A DNA stretch of 64,000 nucleotides from Elusimicrobiota bacterium (GCA_016196755.1 JACPXC010000010.1:7802-71801), one strand, 5' to 3'. Positions 13,550 through 30,799 are shown, counted from the stretch's first letter. Notes: generated by a model from the letters alone, not told the origin. Program-made: numbers and translations.

Positions 13550-13908
13550 AGATCCTGATCATCGAGGACGACTACGCCTTGGCCGACAACATCACGGCCC
13601 TGCTCAAGCTCCGCGGCCACGAGGTGGGGTTCGCCCCGGACGGCGAGGCGGGCATCGAGGAGGCGCGCAAGTTCCGCCCCGACCTCGTCCTGCTCGACAT
13701 CATGATCCCAAAGGTCGGCGGCTTCGACGCCTGCCGCATCCTGCGCGGCGACCCGCAGACGATGAAAGCCAAGATCGTCATGATGACGGGTCTCGACCGC
13801 ATCGACGACGTGGAGCGCGCGTTCTCCAGCGGGGCCGTCGGCTACATCATCAAGCCCTTCGACAGCGAGCGCCTCTTCAAGAAGATCGACCAGGTGATGC
13901 GGGCGTGA
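13546..13908 (+). CDS. Response regulator receiver domain protein (CheY-like, single domain)
   Basis: MKILIIEDD...LLDIMIPKVGGFD...KPF receiver motifs. 120 aa. Confidence 0.85.
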   Translation: MKILIIEDDYALADNITALLKLRGHEVGFAPDGEAGIEEARKFRPDLVLLDIMIPKVGGFDACRILRGDPQTMKAKIVMMTGLDRIDDVERAFSSGAVGYIIKPFDSERLFKKIDQVMRA

Positions 13909-14609
13909 CCCCGCGCGCCGCGGCGCGCCGCCTTCTGCGCCGCTACGGGCCCCAGGGCTGGTGGCCGACGACCCCGGCGGGCAAGTTCCGTCCGGTCTAC
14001 CGCGCCCGCCGCGGAGCCCCGCCGCCGCGTCAGGCCTTCGAGGTCTGCGTGGGCGCCATCCTGACCCAGAACACCAATTGGGGGAACGTCGAGCGCGCGC
14101 TGGAGGCCCTCCATCGCGCCCGCGCGCTCGACCCCGCGCGCCTGGCCGCGATGCCGCGCCCGCGCCTCGAGCGGCTGATCCGCTCCTCGGGCTATTTCCG
14201 CCAGAAGGCCGAGCGCCTGCGCTCGTTCGCGCGCTGGGCGGGCGGGGCGGCCGAGCTCTCGGGCCGCCTGCGCCGAGGGTCCCTCAAGGCCCTGCGCGAG
14301 GAGCTCCTCTCGCTCAAGGGCGTCGGGCCCGAGACGGCAGACTCCATGCTGCTCTACGGCGGCGCGCGCCCGGTATTCGTGGTCGACGCCTACACGCGCC
14401 GTATCGGCTCGCGCATGGGCTGGTTCCCCGCGGCGGCCGGCTACACCGAGGTCCAGGACTTCTTCACGCGCGCCCTGCCTCCATCCGTCGCCGCGTACAA
14501 CGAAGCCCACGCCCTCATCGTGCGCCTGGCCAAGGAGCACTGCCGGACCAAGCCCGTCTGCCGCGCCTGCCCGCTCAAGGCCGGCTGCGCCGCCGGGAGG
14601 AACGCATGA
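13905..14609 (+). CDS. Endonuclease III-like / HhH-GPD base-excision DNA glycosylase family protein with C-terminal 4Fe-4S cluster motif
   Basis: HhH-GPD motifs (LLSLKGVGPETADSMLLY; VDAYTRRI). C-terminal CxxxxxxCxxCxxxxxC (CRTKPVCRACPLKAGC). GTG start overlaps the receiver-gene stop. Confidence 0.75.
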   Translation: MTPRAAARRLLRRYGPQGWWPTTPAGKFRPVYRARRGAPPPRQAFEVCVGAILTQNTNWGNVERALEALHRARALDPARLAAMPRPRLERLIRSSGYFRQKAERLRSFARWAGGAAELSGRLRRGSLKALREELLSLKGVGPETADSMLLYGGARPVFVVDAYTRRIGSRMGWFPAAAGYTEVQDFFTRALPPSVAAYNEAHALIVRLAKEHCRTKPVCRACPLKAGCAAGRNA

Positions 14610-15676
14610 ACGCCCTCGACCGTCTCGACGCCGCCCGCGCCGCGCTGGCGGAGGACGCCGCGCGGGCCCTGCGCCTCTTGCCCGGAGCGGCCGCCTTGCC
14701 GAGGCCCCTCCGCCCGGAACGCGACCTGGTGGCGGCCGAGGCGCTGCGCGCGATGGGCTTCTTCACCCGGGCGGAGCGCCTCTACGCCGCGGTGCTGGCG
14801 CGCTCCCGCGGGGCGGCCGATGCCGCGCTCCGTACCGAGGCCGCCTTGGGCTCGGCCGCCGGCTTGCGCGCGCTCGGAAAGACCGTCCAAGCCGGCGCGC
14901 GTCTCGCCCTGGCGCGGGGTGCGGGCCTCAAAGGCTTCGCGGCGCGACTGAAGCTCGAGGAGGCGCTGGTCCTGCGCGCCGCCGAGCGTTACGCGGAGGC
15001 CGTGGCGTTGTTGAAGCCGATGCTGGCCGCCTCGCTGCGCAAGCGGGCCTGGGACGAGGCCGCCTTCCTCTTCTGGGCCATCGGCGGCGCTCGGCGCTTC
15101 CAGGGCCGCCTGGCCGAGGCGGAGGCCGCGTTCGATAGTTCCCGGGCCATGGCCAAGCGCGCCGGGGACCGCCCTGGGCAGGGCTACGCGCTCTTCGGCA
15201 TCGGCGGCGCCGCGCGGGTGCGCGGCGACCTGCTCGGTTCCGAGAAGGCGTACGGGGAGGCCGCCCGCCTCTTCGCCGGCTCCGACGACTTCTTCGCCCG
15301 CGCCTACGCCGCCTGCGGCCGCTCCAACGCCTTGCGCCAGCTCGGCCGCCTGGCCGAGGCCGAGCGCGGCTACCGCGAGGCTTACCGCCTCTACTCCAGA
15401 CTCGGCGACGCCGTAGACCTGGCCTACGTCGACTGGGGCTGGGGGGAAGTCCTGCTCAAGCGCGGCGCCCTGAAGCCCGCCCTGTCGCGCTTGCGTGCCG
15501 CCGAGCGCGCTTTCCGAGCCGGCCATGAGACCCGCGGCGTCGTCCTCTGTCTCCACTCCAGCGCCCGGGCGCTCCACTCGCTGGGCAAGACCGCTCAGGC
15601 GGAGCGCCTGTTCTCCGAAGGCTTGGCGCTGGCCCGCAACGCCGGCATCCACACCCACCTCGAATCCTTCACCTGA
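14606..15676 (+). CDS. TPR-repeat protein
   Basis: Ala/Leu-rich helical repeats with TPR-like periodicity (AEAEAAF, LAEAERGYREAYRLYSRLGD). ATGA overlap with the upstream gene. Confidence 0.6.
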   Translation: MNALDRLDAARAALAEDAARALRLLPGAAALPRPLRPERDLVAAEALRAMGFFTRAERLYAAVLARSRGAADAALRTEAALGSAAGLRALGKTVQAGARLALARGAGLKGFAARLKLEEALVLRAAERYAEAVALLKPMLAASLRKRAWDEAAFLFWAIGGARRFQGRLAEAEAAFDSSRAMAKRAGDRPGQGYALFGIGGAARVRGDLLGSEKAYGEAARLFAGSDDFFARAYAACGRSNALRQLGRLAEAERGYREAYRLYSRLGDAVDLAYVDWGWGEVLLKRGALKPALSRLRAAERAFRAGHETRGVVLCLHSSARALHSLGKTAQAERLFSEGLALARNAGIHTHLESFT

Positions 15677-15682
15677 GCTGTT

Positions 15683-17311
<1,629 letters not shown>

Positions 17312-17314
17312 CCG

Positions 17315-18090
17315 CTAGCCTCGAGAAAGCAAAGGCCGCGCCGCCAGCGACTCGAGCAGACGATCGACCTGCCCGCGGTGCGAGAGGACGAACTGCGCCG
17401 CCGAGGTCTTCACTTGGCCGATGCGGATCGTCAAGGCTCTCGGCCCCAGCGTGCGGAAGCCTTCCTCGTCGGTGAGGTCGTCTCCGATGAAGAGGCCCTT
17501 CCAGCCTCCCGTCAGACGCTTGCGGATGGCGTCCAGGGCGTGCCCCTTGTCCCAAGGCACGGTGGAGCGGATGTCGAAGGTCTTCTTTCCACGGAGGATC
17601 CGGTATCTGTCGCGCAGACCCATGAACCTGGCTCGCACCCGGTCGGCGAGGCGCCGCACGTAGCGCTTGGGCACCTTGCGGTAGTGGACGGCCAGGCCCA
17701 GGCGCTTGGGCTCGACGACCGCGCCGGGAATCCCCTTGAGGTCTTCCTCCAACTGGCGCCAGATCGACGCGTCCAACCTGCCGACGTGGGGATGGGTCCA
17801 TTCAAGCCCCGGGCCGTGGATCTGCAGGCCATGATTGCCGGCGTAATAGACGCCTCGGAGCCCGACCCGGCGCTTGATGTCCTCCAGCGCGCGGCCGCTC
17901 AGGACCGCCACCCGGATGTCCGGCCTCGAGATCAAGGCGCGCAGCAGCCGTCGCGTGCCCGGCGTCAGCACCGCGTCTTCCGGAGACCCGACGAGATCCG
18001 AGAGCGTTCCGTCGAAGTCAAGGCCCAGGAGGATGCGCGAGCTGAGAAAGTCGTCTTTCCCCAGGCGATCCTGAACGCGGGTCCAGTCCT

Positions 18091-18094
<4 letters not shown>
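17315..18094 (-). CDS. otsB: Trehalose-6-phosphate phosphatase (HAD superfamily)
   Basis: HAD motif I (LLGLDFDGTLS) and C-terminal GDDLTDEEGF motif. GTG start at 18094 overlaps the otsA stop (GTGA). The 525-aa track ORF is an artefactual upstream extension. Confidence 0.8.
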
Positions 18095-20352
<2,258 letters not shown>

Positions 20353-20479
20353 GGATTAACGCGACTGGATGGCGGCCCGACCATCCAAATCCTCCGGAGA
20401 AGGTCTCCGGACCCTTGCTGACACTCTAGTGTACATCCCTTGACGGGAAGTTGCCAGTGGCGCTCCCTAAGCGGAACCT

Positions 20480-22336
20480 TTACTTCTTGTAGGTGGAGGC
20501 CAGGCGCCGGGCGGCGTAGAAGAGGCCGATGGCCGCGAGGGTCAAGCCCGCGTTGAGCCCGAGGAAGACCGAGGCGGCGGGGAAGGCGTCGAAGAGCAAG
20601 CCCAGGGCCAAGGAGGACAGCAGGACCATCCCGAAGGCCGCGGCGGTCAAGAAGCCGAAGGTGCGTCCGCGGAGCTCGGGGGCCAGGCTCTCCTGGAGCT
20701 TGGAGCGCAGCGAGAGGTCGCTGGCGGCCCAGGACAGCGCGCGGAAAGCGACGAACGGAAGAATCCACCAGACCGACGGCGCGAACGTGAAGACCCAGAC
20801 CCCCAGGAGTCCCACGGACATCAACCCGACCCAGAACGGCGAGCGCAGCTTGGCGGGGGCGGAGTCCGAGAGGTTGGTTCTCATCAGCAAAACGGCCCCG
20901 ATGAGCTCTCCGAAGTTCGAGGCGCCCATGAGCCAGGCGGCCGCCGAGGGGTCGCCCAGCAGGGTCTTGGCCGCTACGGGGATCAACAGGCTCTCGAGCA
21001 GGCGGTGCAGGACCAGCGGGACGGCCAGCGCCAGCGACGCCCAGAGCACCAACTGGGAGGACCGGACCGCCGCGGCCCCGGCCTTGAGGTCTTCCCAGGC
21101 CCGGGCCAAGATGCGCGCGACCCCCCCGGCCGCGCTCCTCGCCGCGGATTCTCCCACGGGAGACGCTTTCATCCTCGAGAAGGCCCAAGCGGCCAGGAGG
21201 AACGCCGGGGGATGGAGGGCCAGGACCGGCACCACGCCGAACATCCTTATGAGCACTCCGGCGAGGAGCGCGCCCGTGACTCCGGCGATCTCGTAGGCGA
21301 TGTGGACCTTCGAGTTGAAGACCTTCAGGTCCTGGCCGTCGTCTCCGATCAGGGTGGGAGGGATGACCTGGCGGGCCGTATCGGAGACCCCTGCCAGGAT
21401 GCCGGTAGCCACATGCAAGCTCAGGATGGCCGCGGGATGGGCCAGGGGAACGCCTAGGACGGCCTGGGCGGCGAAGAGGGAGAGCAGGCCGGCCACCGTG
21501 ACCGCCTGGAGTCCGATGCTCCAGGTCAGCACCTTGGTGGCCGAGTTCCGGTCGAGGAGGCCTCCCCCGACCGAGGAGCCGATGATCTGCGCCAGTCCCC
21601 AGCCCATGGCCATCCCGGCGGCCCATTTCGCCTGTCCGAAGACGACCAGCGCGATGAGCGGGACAGCCAGACCTAGCGACTCCGCCCCGACCTTGAAGAG
21701 CGCGGTACCGGCGATGTACAGGCGCGTCTCGACGGCATCCGGCGTCTTGGGAGCCGGGGTGGACTCCTCTTGAACGGCGTTGACCCGGCCGGCCGCGCGC
21801 CGCAGCCCGGAGCGAAACAGCGCTGGAACGACGGGCGCGTCCACGGCGCCCCGGTCCTCGAATGAGCGCGGCCCCCTCAAGCCGAGCAGGCGCTGGAAGC
21901 CCCGCTCGGCGGTGCCATGCGCCGTGGAAGCAGAGGAGTTGGGAACGGCCGCGGCGTCCTTAGCGGCGGCGACCGTCAGGCGTTCGACGCGGGCGGGGAC
22001 GGACTCCTGGCGCGGGGCGGCCGCCATGGCCTCGCTCCGCGGAACCGCCGAAACGGACGCGGCCGCGCGTATCGCGGCGGCGGTCACCGGCGCGGCCACC
22101 ATTGCGGGGCGCAGGCTTGGGACAGCGAGGAGCGGAGACGGGGTCAGGCCTGACGGCAAGGAGAGGGACGCATGCGCGAGGCCTGCCGCCGGCGCCACGA
22201 CGGCGAAGCCCGGAGCCATCGGACGTACGGCAGGGACGGCTACGGTCCGAGCCAACTGCGCCGCGACCGGTGGGGGGACCGTCGCCAGGGCCAGCGCGGC
22301 GACCAAGAAGCCGGCGAACGTCCGACGGAACCTCAT
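20480..22336 (-). CDS. MFS transporter with N-terminal ~200-aa Ala/Pro-rich secreted/low-complexity extension
   Basis: 12-TM-like hydrophobic profile in the C-terminal 420 aa. ATG at 22336 yields the signal-like MRFRRTFAGFLVAALALATVPPPVAAQ. An alternative start at 22402 is possible. Confidence 0.55.
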   Translation of the reverse strand: MRFRRTFAGFLVAALALATVPPPVAAQLARTVAVPAVRPMAPGFAVVAPAAGLAHASLSLPSGLTPSPLLAVPSLRPAMVAAPVTAAAIRAAASVSAVPRSEAMAAAPRQESVPARVERLTVAAAKDAAAVPNSSASTAHGTAERGFQRLLGLRGPRSFEDRGAVDAPVVPALFRSGLRRAAGRVNAVQEESTPAPKTPDAVETRLYIAGTALFKVGAESLGLAVPLIALVVFGQAKWAAGMAMGWGLAQIIGSSVGGGLLDRNSATKVLTWSIGLQAVTVAGLLSLFAAQAVLGVPLAHPAAILSLHVATGILAGVSDTARQVIPPTLIGDDGQDLKVFNSKVHIAYEIAGVTGALLAGVLIRMFGVVPVLALHPPAFLLAAWAFSRMKASPVGESAARSAAGGVARILARAWEDLKAGAAAVRSSQLVLWASLALAVPLVLHRLLESLLIPVAAKTLLGDPSAAAWLMGASNFGELIGAVLLMRTNLSDSAPAKLRSPFWVGLMSVGLLGVWVFTFAPSVWWILPFVAFRALSWAASDLSLRSKLQESLAPELRGRTFGFLTAAAFGMVLLSSLALGLLFDAFPAASVFLGLNAGLTLAAIGLFYAARRLASTYKK

Positions 22337-22434
22337 CGGCTTGATTGTAGCCGCCTGGCCGGGGCGGCCTCCGGGCCCAAGGGCCCAGGTCATCCGCGTC
22401 AATCGGCCCAGCGCGGCAGGGGCTTGCCTTCCTA

Positions 22435-23163
22435 CTACATCTCGAAGTCGTGGCCCAGGTAGAGCTCGCGGGCCTTGGGATCCTCGACGAGCTCCTTCGA
22501 CGAGCCCTGCATGAGGATCTGGCCGTCGAAGATCAGGTAGGCGCGCTCGATGATGGGCAGGGTCTCGCGCACGTTGTGGTCGGTGATGAGGATGCCGATC
22601 CCCCGGTCGCGCAGCGAGAAGATGGTCTTCTTGAGCTCGCCGACGGTGATCGGGTCGATCCCGACGAAGGGCTCGTCGAGCAGGATGATCTTAGGGTCCT
22701 GGATCATCGCCCGCGCCACCTCGAGCCGCCGCTTCTCGCCGCCCGAGAGGGTCCAGGCCTGCTGTCCGCGCAGGCGCCAGAGGCCGAACTCCTCGAGCAG
22801 AATCCGGACGCGCTCCTCGCGCTCCGCGGCGTCCGGGGTGGTGCGCTCGAGGATGGCCAGCAGGTTCTCGGCCACCGATAGGCCGCGAAAGACGGTGGGC
22901 TCCTGGGCCAGGTAGCCCAGGCCGTGGCGGGCGCGCGCGTACATCGGCTCCTTGGTCACGTCGATGTCGTCGATGAGGATGGCGCCGTCGTCGGGGCGCA
23001 CGAAGCCGACCAAGCTGTAGAACGTCGTCGTCTTGCCCGCCCCGTTGGGGCCGAGGAGGCCGACGATCTCGCCCGAGCGCACCTCGAGGGAGATCCCCTT
23101 GACCACGCGGCGCTGGCCGTAGTTCTTGACGATCTCCTTGGCGGCAAGGCGCATCGGCGTCAT
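22435..23163 (-). CDS. lptB: LPS export ABC transporter ATP-binding protein
   Basis: Walker A GPNGAGKTT, ABC signature LSGGEKRRLEVARA, Walker B ILLDEP. 242 aa. Downstream of lptA/lptC. Confidence 0.9.
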   Translation of the reverse strand: MTPMRLAAKEIVKNYGQRRVVKGISLEVRSGEIVGLLGPNGAGKTTTFYSLVGFVRPDDGAILIDDIDVTKEPMYARARHGLGYLAQEPTVFRGLSVAENLLAILERTTPDAAEREERVRILLEEFGLWRLRGQQAWTLSGGEKRRLEVARAMIQDPKIILLDEPFVGIDPITVGELKKTIFSLRDRGIGILITDHNVRETLPIIERAYLIFDGQILMQGSSKELVEDPKARELYLGHDFEM

Positions 23164-23212
23164 GGTCGCCTCCTACGGATCATCGGTCGACCATTCCCTG
23201 CGCTATGCTCGG

Positions 23213-23911
23213 TCATGGTCGGATACCGCCCTTGTTCGGGAAGTGGATCCAGCCGTGGGCGCGGCCTTTGCCGGTGACGCGCCGCCGAGCGCCGTCGAGC
23301 GCCAAGCCGGTCAACTGGTCGGCCTGCACCGCGGCGGCCCAGTCCGGGCCGCGGGCCGACAAGGTGGGACGCCGGCCGCCGAGCTCGAGTTTCTTCTGAG
23401 CGTGGTAGAAGCGCGCCACCTCGGCGCGTATCTCGCCGCGCTCCTCGCGGAACCAGGCGTCGCCCTCGAGCCGCGCCTCGCGGCGCGGCAGGTCCCAGGC
23501 CAGCTTGCGGGCCCGCCCGCGCCCCTGCTCGCCCCCCGCCGGCTTGAGCAGGTGGATGCGGACCGGGTCGTCGGAGCCGCGGCCGACCAGCCAACCGGTG
23601 CCGTCGCGCCGGTCGTGGGAGGAGCGCTCTCCCTCGGCGGACGCCAGCGTGCCGTCCTCGAGCCGTTCCTCGGCACGGATGGCGCCCCGCGCGTCGATGC
23701 GCCTCTGGTCGTGGTCGTAGAGCGCCCAATCGGCGCGCAGGCGGCGCCCCTCGCGCCGATACTGGACGTCGCCGGTGAACTCCTCCACCTTGTGCGCGCC
23801 GCGCTTGATGTCCCACTTGTTTGAACGGACCACGGAGCCGATGAGCGAGGGCTCTTGGGCGGCGGCGCCGGAGGCCAGCGCAGCGCAGAGCGCGGCCGTC
23901 AAAAGCCTCAT
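23213..23911 (-). CDS. lptA: LPS transport periplasmic protein LptA-like (OstA N-terminal domain)
   Basis: Signal peptide MRLLTAALCAALASGAAAQ. Beta-jellyroll OstA-like sequence. Position between lptC-like and lptB. Confidence 0.6.
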   Translation of the reverse strand: MRLLTAALCAALASGAAAQEPSLIGSVVRSNKWDIKRGAHKVEEFTGDVQYRREGRRLRADWALYDHDQRRIDARGAIRAEERLEDGTLASAEGERSSHDRRDGTGWLVGRGSDDPVRIHLLKPAGGEQGRGRARKLAWDLPRREARLEGDAWFREERGEIRAEVARFYHAQKKLELGGRRPTLSARGPDWAAAVQADQLTGLALDGARRRVTGKGRAHGWIHFPNKGGIRP

Positions 23912-24432
23912 CGCTTGGGAGCCTCGGCCGCCTTGATGCGGGTCTCCTGATGGTAGATGGTGATGTTGTCTAGGGTGGCGTCGGCCTCGAGCCCGCGGCC
24001 GTGGAGCACGGCGTCGGGCCGCTCGACGACCACGGCTTCCTCGGTGCGGAAGCGCTCGGTCTCGGCCGAGTAGTCGAGGCGCTCCGTGCGCAGGACGGTC
24101 TTGTCGGACAGCGAGGTGATGACGACCTGGCCGACCAGGGCCACGTCCTTGCCGTCGCCGCGGACGGTGGCCGTGAGCGAGCGCGCGGTCGAGGCATGGC
24201 GGCCGTCGCGGTAGAAGCGGATCTCCGGGTGGTCGAGGACCGCCGCGCCCTCGAGCGACACGCGGGCGACAGGAGCGTCCAGGGCCCAGATGCGCACGCC
24301 TTTGGCGGTCTGCGTCATCGCGAACTCCTGCATGGTCTGGCTGGCCTCGAGCGGCGCCGGAGGACCCTCCCGCGCGCAGGAGGCGAGGGCCAGCGCCAAG
24401 GCTGGCAAGAGCCTCAGCCCTTCTTGAGCCAA
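23908..24432 (-). CDS. lptC: LptC-like lipoprotein (start uncertain; probable TTG start giving lipobox LALALASC)
   Basis: C-terminal region similar to LptC/OstA-like fold. Lipoprotein signal (LRLLPALALALASC). Sits between kdsA and lptA as in canonical kdsA...lptC-lptA-lptB arrangements. The track ORF 23908..24663 includes an unlikely N-terminal extension. Confidence 0.45.
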   Translation of the reverse strand: MAQEGLRLLPALALALASCAREGPPAPLEASQTMQEFAMTQTAKGVRIWALDAPVARVSLEGAAVLDHPEIRFYRDGRHASTARSLTATVRGDGKDVALVGQVVITSLSDKTVLRTERLDYSAETERFRTEEAVVVERPDAVLHGRGLEADATLDNITIYHQETRIKAAEAPKR

Positions 24433-24664
24433 GGGGTGAGCTCGGCCGGGATATGCCGGATGTTGTAGGGCTTGGGCAGCTGCCTCAGGGCGAAGGTGAC
24501 CGTGAAGTAGAAGACCGTGATCAGCGCGTAGAGGATGCCGAGCGTGCGGGCGTGCCACTTGAAGTCCGGGAACCAGGCGGGCGGGACGCTCAGGTCGAGG
24601 CCGCACTTCTTGCAGACCTTGGCCGTCTCCTTGTTGTCCTGGGTGCAGTTGGGGCTGGGACACT

Positions 24665-24668
<4 letters not shown>
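24414..24668 (-). CDS. Small zinc-ribbon (CxxC...CxxC) single-TM membrane protein, 84 aa
   Basis: VKCPSPNCTQDNKETAKVCKKCGLDL followed by the TM helix LGILYALITVFYFTVTFAL. GTG start overlaps the kdsA TGA (GTGA). High-GC3 codon usage. Confidence 0.5.
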
Positions 24669-27869
<3,201 letters not shown>

Positions 27870-27873
<4 letters not shown>

Positions 27874-28880
27874 GCCGCCCCCTCGGCCAAGGCCGCGCGC
27901 AGTTCCTCGCGCGTCGTCGTCGCCGTGCCGAGCTTGCCCACCACCACGCCGGCCGCGGCGTTGGCGAGGATGGCCGCCTCGAAGAGCTTAGCACCCGAGG
28001 CCAAGGCCAGCGCCATGACGGCGACCACCGTGTCGCCGGCGCCGGTGACGTCGAAGACCTCGCGGGAGCGGGCCGGGATGTGGCGGATGGCGCCGCCGGC
28101 CTCGAAGAGGGTCATGCCCTTCTCGCTGCGGGTGAGGAGCAAAGAGCGCAGGCGCAGGCTCTTGAGGATGCGCCGGCCCAGCGCGCGCACCGCCTCCTCG
28201 CCGGCTTTCGGGGTCAGGCGCATCCCGCCCCAGGCCTCGGCCATGTTGGGCGTGATGCAGTCGACGCCTTTGTAGAGCTTGAAGTGCTCGACCTTCGGGT
28301 CGACGATGACCGGCACCCCGTGCTTGCGGGCGGCGCGCAGGGCCCCGTGCGCCACGGCGCGGGTGACGACGCCCTTGCCGTAGTCGGAGATGACCAGCGC
28401 GTCGGATTGGAGCACGGCGCGGCCCAAGCGCTCGAGCAGCTCGCGCTGGAGGGCGGCCGGCAGAGGGTGGGAGCTCTCGCGGTCGACGCGCACCACCTGC
28501 TGGTGCTCCGCCACGATGCGGCACTTCTGGGTTGTGATGAGGGTCGGGTCGCTGAGGATGGGGGAGGTGTCCATCCCGCGCGCGCGCAGCTCAGCCAGGA
28601 GTTGGCCGCCGGCGGCGTCGGCGCCGATCGCGCTGACCAAGGAGACGGAGGCGCCCAGGGCGGCCAGGTTGCAGCAGACGTTGCCGGCCCCGCCGGGCAT
28701 CCAGGAGTCCTCGCTGACGGCGACGACCGGGACGGGCGCCTCGGGGGAGATGCGGCCGACCTTGCCGCGCACGAACTGGTCGAGCATCAGGTCGCCGACG
28801 ACGAGGACGCGGCGCTTGGGGAACAAGTCGAGCAGCGCGTCAGGACCGCGGCGTTTGACCATGACAGGCGAATATATCAA
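27870..28880 (-). CDS. hldE: D-glycero-beta-D-manno-heptose-7-phosphate kinase (RfaE domain I / HldE kinase half; PfkB family)
   Basis: PfkB carbohydrate kinase motifs (GGAGNV; DVTGAGDT). 336 aa. No fused adenylyltransferase domain. Confidence 0.8.
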
Positions 28881-28893
28881 ATAGGGGGTGAGG

Positions 28894-29982
28894 CTATTTT
28901 CCTTTCCAGACCGGCAGGGTGAACGAGAAAGTGCTCCCTTCTCCCACCGCGCTCGTCACCCAGATCTCCCCGCCGTGGCGTTTGACCAGGTCGCGGCAGA
29001 GGAAGAGGCCGATCCCGAGGCCGCGCTTGACGCCGTCGTCGGTGCCTTGCACCTGATAGAGCCGGTCGAAGAGCTTCTCCGCCTTGTCTCCGGGGATTCC
29101 GCAGCCGGTGTCCTTCACCGAGACTCGGAGGAACTCCGCGCCGCCTTCCCATAGCCCGGCGCTGACCGTCACCGTCCCGCCCTTCGGCGTGAACTTGACG
29201 GCGTTGCCGACCAGGTTGATCAGGATCTGCCGCAGGCGGACCGGATCGGCGTGGGCCGCCGGGAGGTCGTCTGGGACCTCGGCGGAGAGGGCCAGTCCCT
29301 GCGCGGGACGAGACTCGGAGAGCAGGCGCAGGACCTCGTCGATGACGGCCGGCAGCCCGACCTTCTCGGGGACGACGGTCAGCTTCCCGGTCCCGGTGCG
29401 CAGCAGGGCGTCTAAGTCCTCGACCATCCGCATCAGCTGCGCCAGGCTCCGGGCCGCCAAGCCGGTGGCCCGGCGCTGGTCGGGCGTCAGTTCCCCGAAG
29501 ACTCCCTCCTCGAGCGAGCGGACCGCCGTATAGACGCAGGAGAGCGGGACGTTGAGCTCGTGGTTGACGTTGTGCAGGAAGTCTTCCTTGAGGCGCTCGA
29601 GTTCCTTGCGGGCGATGGCGTAGCGCAGGGAGCGAGCCAGGTTGTCGGCGGCCTGCCCCTTGATCAGGTAGTCCTGGGCGCCCTGCTGGAGCGCGGCCAG
29701 CGCCACCGACTCCTCGTCGAGGCCGGTCATCACGACGATAGGGATGGAGACGACGGCGGCCCGGGTCTTTTGAAGCGTGTCGAGGCCCATGCTGTCGGGC
29801 AGCGTGAGGTCGAGCAGGATGACGTCGATGCCACCCTCGGCGACGCGGTCGATGCCGCGCGAGAGGCGGTCGACGACTTCCAGCGCGAAATTCCCGCCCG
29901 GCGTCCGGCTGAGCGCCTTGCCGATCAGGTAGGCGTCGTCGGCGTCGTCTTCTATGAGCAGGACGGAGGTCGTCTCGCTCAT
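28894..29982 (-). CDS. Hybrid response regulator-histidine kinase (REC + HisKA + HATPase_c)
   Basis: N-terminal receiver (LLIEDDADD...ILLDLTLPD), H-box FLHNVNHELNVPL, C-terminal ATPase G-boxes (GLGIGLFLCRDLV). Confidence 0.85.
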   Translation of the reverse strand: MSETTSVLLIEDDADDAYLIGKALSRTPGGNFALEVVDRLSRGIDRVAEGGIDVILLDLTLPDSMGLDTLQKTRAAVVSIPIVVMTGLDEESVALAALQQGAQDYLIKGQAADNLARSLRYAIARKELERLKEDFLHNVNHELNVPLSCVYTAVRSLEEGVFGELTPDQRRATGLAARSLAQLMRMVEDLDALLRTGTGKLTVVPEKVGLPAVIDEVLRLLSESRPAQGLALSAEVPDDLPAAHADPVRLRQILINLVGNAVKFTPKGGTVTVSAGLWEGGAEFLRVSVKDTGCGIPGDKAEKLFDRLYQVQGTDDGVKRGLGIGLFLCRDLVKRHGGEIWVTSAVGEGSTFSFTLPVWKGK

Positions 29983-29989
29983 GGTCGCT

Positions 29990-30799
29990 TCATCGCTCGA
30001 TCTTCTCCAGGTACGCCGAGATGCTGCCGATGATGATGTCGACCTGCATCAGGACCGGGATATGGCGCTCGTCGTCGGTCAGCCAGATCTGCAGGCTGCG
30101 CCCTTTCTGGATGAAGATCCCCTCGCCGCGCAGGACCGGCTCGACGACCACGCAGGAGAAGCGGCCCGCCGGCACCTTCACCGTCTGCTTGCGGTTGACT
30201 TTGATCGTCAGCGGCCAGTTCGACTTGGTGTTGACGTCGAGGATGATCTCGTCGCCCACAGCCAGGCGCTTGGGGCGGAGCAGATAGATGCTCGAGAGGA
30301 TGTCTTGGACCGCCCCGGGGATGGTCCCGGTCGAATAGCTGAAGCCGCCGTCGCGCTCGGTGCGCTTGGACAGGAAGCCCTTGTCCTCGTAGTCGAACAG
30401 GACCCATTCGTCGCGGAAGAAGTGCCCTTCGCGCAGCTGCTTGGAGTAGCCCAGGCTCTTGAGGTCCCCGACGTCCATCCAGGCCTCGTTTAAGTCGCGG
30501 ACCTTATAGAAGCGGTCGGCGAACGGAGTGCTCCTGGCGGTGGAGACGATGTGGTAGGCGGGCTTGCCGTTGAAGTCTACGACCTCCTTTATGGCGAGGT
30601 CCGACTTCCCCATCGACACCACGCCCCACTTGACCTCGTAGGTGAGCTTCTCCGGGAAGAAGTTCACCTTGGTCCAGTCCTGCGAGTACGGAACGGTCCC
30701 GCGCACGAGGTCGGCGGGGGAGGAGACCGTCCGGCTCGAGAGCTTCACCGCGGCGTCGGCCGGTGTCGACAAGAGCAGGATGGCCAATAGCAGGGTCAT
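29990..30799 (-). CDS. DUF3108-like secreted protein
   Basis: Signal peptide MTLLLAILLLSTPADA. Beta-rich body. ATG at 30799 is adjacent to the gmhB stop. Confidence 0.5.
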   Translation of the reverse strand: MTLLLAILLLSTPADAAVKLSSRTVSSPADLVRGTVPYSQDWTKVNFFPEKLTYEVKWGVVSMGKSDLAIKEVVDFNGKPAYHIVSTARSTPFADRFYKVRDLNEAWMDVGDLKSLGYSKQLREGHFFRDEWVLFDYEDKGFLSKRTERDGGFSYSTGTIPGAVQDILSSIYLLRPKRLAVGDEIILDVNTKSNWPLTIKVNRKQTVKVPAGRFSCVVVEPVLRGEGIFIQKGRSLQIWLTDDERHIPVLMQVDIIIGSISAYLEKIER

